Positions 48,388-53,745 of a stretch of DNA of 53,745 bases are shown in pieces; the stretch's first letter is position 1; each line of letters starts with the position of its first letter. This DNA is from Vitrella brassicaformis CCMP3155 (Eukaryota > Protista > Chromerida): positions 1 to 53,745 of the forward strand of contig CDMY01000548.1 in NCBI GenBank assembly GCA_001179505.1. The letters run 5' to 3'. Both the position numbers and the translations under genes were made by a program. Below the pieces are notes generated by a model. That model was given only the letters and a program-made list of their open reading frames with translations, was not told where the DNA came from and did no database searches.

Positions 48388-50019
48388 CTGCGATAGGAGG
48401 ACGGCGTTGAGTGACCGGAGGAAGGCAGATCCCGGGAAGGGAGACGGGGATTCAACGTCTCCTTCAAACCCTGAACCCGAACCCTCAGTTCATGGAGCAT
48501 TTGTATTGGATGGCGTGTGGTATCAACGTTTCCACAGATGCTTTGTCTCATTACACGCTGCACACACAGATGTGCGTCTCCTGTCTGCATGGGCGTACAC
48601 GCGTGTGTGGGTGTCTGTCTTGGTCTCATCCTGGGATCTCCCATCCCTCCCTCCCCTCCCCTTAGCGTACGTCCCTCATCCCTCATCCGCCCTCTAATTG
48701 TCGCACACACTTGACGCACTCGCCTCTCTCACTCTCGCGTGGATCGCTCTCTGTCTTTCTGCCTGTTTGTGTGCAGATGAAGGGCACACACACAGACACA
48801 GACACAGACACTGACGCAAAGGCAGAGGCAAACGTAATAGCTACCCACAGACGGACGGATGCCCCTCTTCCCTCTTATCTACGTCACTCAAATGGCCAGC
48901 CAGCGGCAGCTTGGCTGAAACACAGCTCTACCTCTATGCTCACTGGCAGCACAACACATCACAACACACGGCACGCACATGTGACAAAGTTCTCCTGGCA
49001 AATATCTGCCTGGGCGGCATCATCGGGCCAGGGAGGGGCAGGGAAAGGGGGGAGGGGGTGGGGTGGGATGGGTGAGGGGGGCGGTCCATCACGTCATATG
49101 TATCGGCAAAAACCGAGCGACACGACACGACACGACACAAGAAAAGAACTGATTGATGGATGAATGGATAGATGGATAGCAGGTTCGTGATGTTGACAGG
49201 TTAACAGGTTAAGGGGCAAACAGCCCTCCCACACGACACGCACACGCACACACACACACACAAACATGCCGAGGAAAAGACGATATCAGCAGCCAGGCAC
49301 ACCACAGGACGAAAGCAACGCATTTCACCGATTGAAACGATCCGCATAGCCAGAGACAGGCTCGTGCGAGATCCGACAGATGGATGGATGGATGGATGGC
49401 ATGGGAAAACTCCCTCCCCGAGACGCCCGTCTGCCTAAACGACTAGAGCGGCTCAAGGGGAGGGGAACAGCTATGCGGGTCCGCATGGCAAACATGGCCC
49501 CAGATGATGTGCCTGTGGCGGGTGTGGATGGAGGTGCGGACCCACCCACCCACTCACGTACGGATGCAAAAGCCCACATGCACAAATCACGCACCACAAT
49601 ACGGCACAAAGAGGGAGAGGAGAGCTGCCTTTCCTTCAGATGCGGGCGGCGTGCACGGATGAAGTAATGAGTGGATTAGCCGACAAAATGAGAGATAGAG
49701 GTACGGAGGGAGGAATAGACGACACGCACGCGTAAGCACGTCGCGTAGAAACGGGGAAAGCTGCGCTTCCGGCTGTGCAATGGCCGTGGTGTGGTGTGGT
49801 GTGGTGTGGACGGACTATTACCCTATCGACTATATGTAATGTACGCTGGTTGGTCAGATGATCGTCACCCGATGCAGGCAGACACACGACACCGCTATGC
49901 CCGCCCACATACATCGGAAAATACGCACAATACACACACACGTACACAGAGAGAGGCACGCAGACAGACAGGCAAAGAGACAGCCAGCCAGCCAGCCAGC
50001 CAGACGGGCAGACGGGCAG

Positions 50020-50300
50020 GGAGGTGAGTACACACTCGGACAAATACGTACATGTACATGCTTACGTCGACGTACGCGTATACGTATATACATACATACA
50101 TATATACACACGTACACACGTACACACATGCACACGTGCGCACACACATGCACACGTGCACACACACATGCACACGTGCACACATACATACATACATACA
50201 CATACCATACATACATACATACACATACCCACGTGTGTGGGTGCATACATACATACATACATACAAATACCCACGTGTGTGGGTGCAGAGATGTGGCTAT
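50020..50300. repeat. Compound (TACA)n/(CA)n microsatellite region
   Basis: Runs of catacata and cacacatgcacacgtg. Confidence 0.85.
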
Positions 50301-50993
50301 CAATGGGTATATCCCGTCCGGCCGGCCGTCCCATGTTCCACATGGCTGCATGCGCACACACTTACCTGCCTGGCTGCCTGACTGCCTGACTGTACACAAA
50401 CAAAGGCCTTTCTGTAGACAACAAGCGAGAAAGTGAGAGTTGGTTAGGTTGGGTTAGAGCGGCAGCCGGCCTGTACACGAGAGAAGAAGAAAAGAGTACC
50501 TGGAACCTAGCCCCTCCCCCTCCCGCCACAAGATGGTGCGTGAAAAGACTGCCTCTCAGTAAGAAACCGCCACTGCATGTGTGTGCCTGTGTGTCTGCCT
50601 GTCTGTTATGTGTGGCGCACAGAAACGCCTGTCATACATAAGATGGAGAGAGATACCCAGCGTGGCCCAGCAGGCATGGATGGATGGATGGATATCAAGA
50701 GAAGAGAAAGGATAGAAGGACGGAAGAAAGAAAAAGACCATATGACCACAAATGCGTACATGAAGTGAGTACGCACAGGGATTGAGCGACACATACACAT
50801 AAAAACACCACCCTGTAGGCCCCCGGCACCCACAGTCCACGCGCGTCGGTCATCCATCCAGCCAGCCAGAAGGACATTCCCCCCACCCAGCCCCAAGTCC
50901 CATCATCATGACAATGTACGCAACAATCCATGTATGTATCCACATATCCGCGCATTCATAAGGAGTGAGTGAGTGAGTGAGTCAGTGAGTGAA

Positions 50994-52017
50994 TCACTGA
51001 CTTCCCCGTCTGCCGCGGCCGCCCGTGCCCCCCCTGCTGGGGCCGCCCCCACGATTGCGATTGCGATTGCCCGAATGCTGCCTCGTGCGACCATCCCCAC
51101 TGCCGGCACCGAGTGACCTGACGCCATAGATGACCAGGCTGTCCCTCGTCGTATCGACGGCTTCACCCCCGCCACGCAGCTGCCGCCCTCTGCGATGCGG
51201 TCTCCTGTGCTCGCCGCCCCCGTCAAAGGTGTGCGAGGCGATTAGGGCTTGCCGGGCGTCCGTGAGGCGGTATCCCCATCTCGTGAGGTTGAGCGTGTAG
51301 CCGCCTGTCAGCTGCAGCTCGTAGCGGCCGCCCGAGTACTCGACCATGCTCTCGATGCGGAACAGCATCGAGAGGGCTGCTGCTTCTGCTGATGGTGACG
51401 TTTTCGTCCCGGTGCCCATGGTGGCCGTGGCGCGTTGGGTGTTGGTGCTGGTGTGTTGTGCCATGGGTGCGCGTGGGATAAGGATGGTCTCGAGTCTCTC
51501 GAAGGCATGGAGTGGGCGAGAGAGGAAAGCGGTGACGCTCAGGAGTGCGGGGGAGCCGGGGTGGGCTGACGAGAGGGGGGAGAGGGAGAGGGAGAGGGGC
51601 GAGGAGTGCACCAGCAAACGAGTGGCTGATACACATAGACGGACAATCAGACAAGCACACAGACAGATCCACCCACAAGCCGCCAGGCACACGCACCAGA
51701 GTCATCGGTGATTCATCACGCCTGTCTCCCCTCCCAAGCCATGTGTTCGTGAGTCCCCCTGTGCGCGTACCGATGAGGACAGCGCAGACGAGTGTGGCGG
51801 TGAGTACGATGGACAGGGCAGACAGCGCCATCACAGCAGCCTTCAAGTAGAGCGTCTCTCGCTGCAGGCGTGCAGCTGAGGCCGTGCTGGCGGGGCGGTC
51901 CACACTGGAAATGGTGTGTGTGGTCGGCAGGGACTCTGCCACATCAGGCAGTTGCTGGGACGCACGAGCCATAACAGACCTTGGCAAGGGCGGCTCGGAC
52001 AGGGCCGTATCCATCAT
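50994..52017 (-). CDS. Hypothetical single-pass (type II) membrane protein with a GRQLRGG motif and a Gly/Arg-rich tail
   Basis: MMDTALSE start, TM segment AAVMALSALSIVLTATLVCAVLIG, a donor after ESPMTL, and a second exon containing FRIESMVEYSGGRYELQLTGGYTLNLTRWG. Confidence 0.55.
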
Positions 52018-53541
52018 CTCGTGCGCTCTCCCGGGGAAGGAGGACGCACAGGCTCGCACTGGCAGATCTGCGAGCCGGAGATCTTCCTTCCGTACACTCT
52101 GCGGGAAGAAGAGAACACTCAGACACCGGACGGGGGCTGGACTGCCAGCTGTCATTGCAATGCATCAGGTGGGCCCCTTCCATTGAATTCATCGACTCTT
52201 TCTTCACGCCCCTCCCTTCACGACTCACATGGTCATAATCACATCCTCCACACCGACGAGTTGAAGAAGACGGTCCAGCAACCTGGCTACTTCGATGAGA
52301 TCCGGCCGCTGCTATGGGTGACTCCCATCGCCCCGCAACTTGTCAAGTGGTTGGAGCACTTTGCATCGATGGCCTTCGACTACCTCATTCGCAGGGACCA
52401 CGGCCCCAGCACCGAAGAGAGCTCCGATTCGGGCCTGGTGGCCGCCTTCCACGGCTGCATCGACTGGCATTCAGCCGTGCATGCACACTGGGCTGTCCTG
52501 CGAGTCGCCAGGGCCCTTCGGCAGTCTGACGCTCTCTCTGATGACATACGCAGGATGGCGACAATGCTCGAGCGCACACTGACATCGGAGAGGGTGGACA
52601 AGGACACGCTCGAGGGCCTCAGGCGCTATCGGAGCTTCGAGCTGCCTTATGGGCGAGCGTGGCTGTTGCTGCTGGTGCGAGAGACCGCTGTTTGGCATCA
52701 CGAGGAGCATGGTGGGCCTGATGAGTCGCTTGTGTGGCTGTTTAAGCTGGGTGACGAGGTCTCTGACGAGCTGCGGCAGCACTACAGCAGCCCGGCACAC
52801 AGCGAGGCATCGGAGCTGTCGTTCTTGCAAGTTGGAGCAGCGGCAAGGCGGCTGCACGCCAAGGAAAACGACGCCAATCTATCGACGCCAAGGAGACACC
52901 ATCCTGTTGAAGCGTCAGACATCGATGCTGGGCGTGTGCTCGACGTCATTCGAAGGTATCGTGTGTCTCACTCGCCGACGCAAGACTCTCCCGCATATCA
53001 CAACGATGCCTGGGCACTCCTCCAGCTGCTCGAGTATGCCCGCTTTCGACAGCAGCCGCCGCATGACATCCTCGCTCTCATGGAAAAGCGCTTCCCCTCC
53101 CCGCCCACCTACGTCGCCTCGGCCGAGCACGAGGCATCCGGCTTCTTCTCGCCCTTCTGGTCGCAGTGCTACCTGTGGGCCCATGCGCTCGACATATCTG
53201 CACCGGTGTTTCGCCAGGCCCTCGATCAGATAAGCGATGCGACACTGGAGGTGCCACGCGTCAACCAGACGGGGGCCAACGGACACAATCTTGGCAGGGT
53301 GTGGAGCCGCGCATGGGCCATGGTCAAGACAGCTACCGCGGCGGCGCACATCGGCGAGACAGCACGTAAAGTGGGCGCCAGGACGCGTGAAGCGGCCGCG
53401 TCTCACGTGATTGTTGGGCTGAAGCAGCGGTTCATGGTGGCCGGGGGTGGTGGGGACGAAGCGTACATGCAGTACGGCCACTGGGTGCCCCAATTCAGTG
53501 TGCTTGCTCTGACGGAGGGCCTGAGAGACACCTCGTCCTGA
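51916..53541 (+). CDS. DUF2891-like protein copy 2, with no signal peptide and an in-frame retained intron; true start uncertain
   Basis: 52169-53541 is nearly identical to 34868-36240 (offset 17301). The 3' flank also matches up to the window end. Confidence 0.65.
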   Translation: MCGRQGLCHIRQLLGRTSHNRPWQGRLGQGRIHHLVRSPGEGGRTGSHWQICEPEIFLPYTLREEENTQTPDGGWTASCHCNASGGPLPLNSSTLSSRPSLHDSHGHNHILHTDELKKTVQQPGYFDEIRPLLWVTPIAPQLVKWLEHFASMAFDYLIRRDHGPSTEESSDSGLVAAFHGCIDWHSAVHAHWAVLRVARALRQSDALSDDIRRMATMLERTLTSERVDKDTLEGLRRYRSFELPYGRAWLLLLVRETAVWHHEEHGGPDESLVWLFKLGDEVSDELRQHYSSPAHSEASELSFLQVGAAARRLHAKENDANLSTPRRHHPVEASDIDAGRVLDVIRRYRVSHSPTQDSPAYHNDAWALLQLLEYARFRQQPPHDILALMEKRFPSPPTYVASAEHEASGFFSPFWSQCYLWAHALDISAPVFRQALDQISDATLEVPRVNQTGANGHNLGRVWSRAWAMVKTATAAAHIGETARKVGARTREAAASHVIVGLKQRFMVAGGGGDEAYMQYGHWVPQFSVLALTEGLRDTSS

Positions 53542-53745
53542 CTCTGTGTGTGGCAGTTCCGTGATACGAAGATGGGAAATGCTGGGAATGCCTTTGAGCG
53601 ATGTGTGCTGTTCGTGGGGCGGGAAGCGATTTCAGATAAGGGCTGTCTGGCATCCATCAGATGAACACCGGTGAGTCAGTCAATCGGTTTGCATTCAGGT
53701 AAGTCAGTCATTCGATGAGGCACGGGGTCGGTCGGTGAGACGAAC

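Larger units (their letters stand above)
38020..48405. repeat. Diverged segmental duplication: about 38020-40455 vs about 45930-48405
   Basis: Shared blocks include tatatagcagtcggtaagcatgcactcacgtatacagataggc (about 38245 and 46153), the intergenic repeats, and the small secreted gene. Confidence 0.8.

Noticed and set aside
49858-50436. His/Thr/Tyr-rich or Cys/Val-rich ORFs
   Set aside because: They are translations of (CA)n/(TACA)n microsatellites.
1-53745. rRNA, tRNA, transposase or reverse-transcriptase genes
   Set aside because: I recognised no such motifs. A covariance or HMM scan would be needed to exclude divergent ones.

Overview
Intron-rich, GC-rich eukaryotic DNA. Introns are short GT-AG introns packed with (GT)n, (GATG)n and (CAGA)n repeats, and there are four 300-N placeholder gaps. 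Composition and gene content suggest a chromerid/apicomplexan relative such as Vitrella; this is inference, not tested. All gene models were built by hand from splice signals and reading-frame phase. Housekeeping or recognisable genes: Brix-domain PPAN/Ssf1, a patatin-like phospholipase, a CPBP/CAAX protease, a cold-shock-domain protein, and a kinase-C2 gene with an internal UGA. The window is unusually rich in secreted proteins: an extensin-like polyprotein built from three duplicated exon+intron modules bounded by PEXEL/TEXEL-like RxL motifs; an oocyst-wall-protein-like Cys-repeat gene; a four-paralog cluster of secreted PPC-like proteins in two head-to-head pairs, one with a 50% Tyr tail; several small RxLR-bearing precursors; and two copies of a bacterial-type DUF2891 gene. 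There are several recent duplications and a 5.4-kb composite minisatellite island. The best candidate for an undescribed system is a family of RxL-processed cell/cyst-wall precursors.
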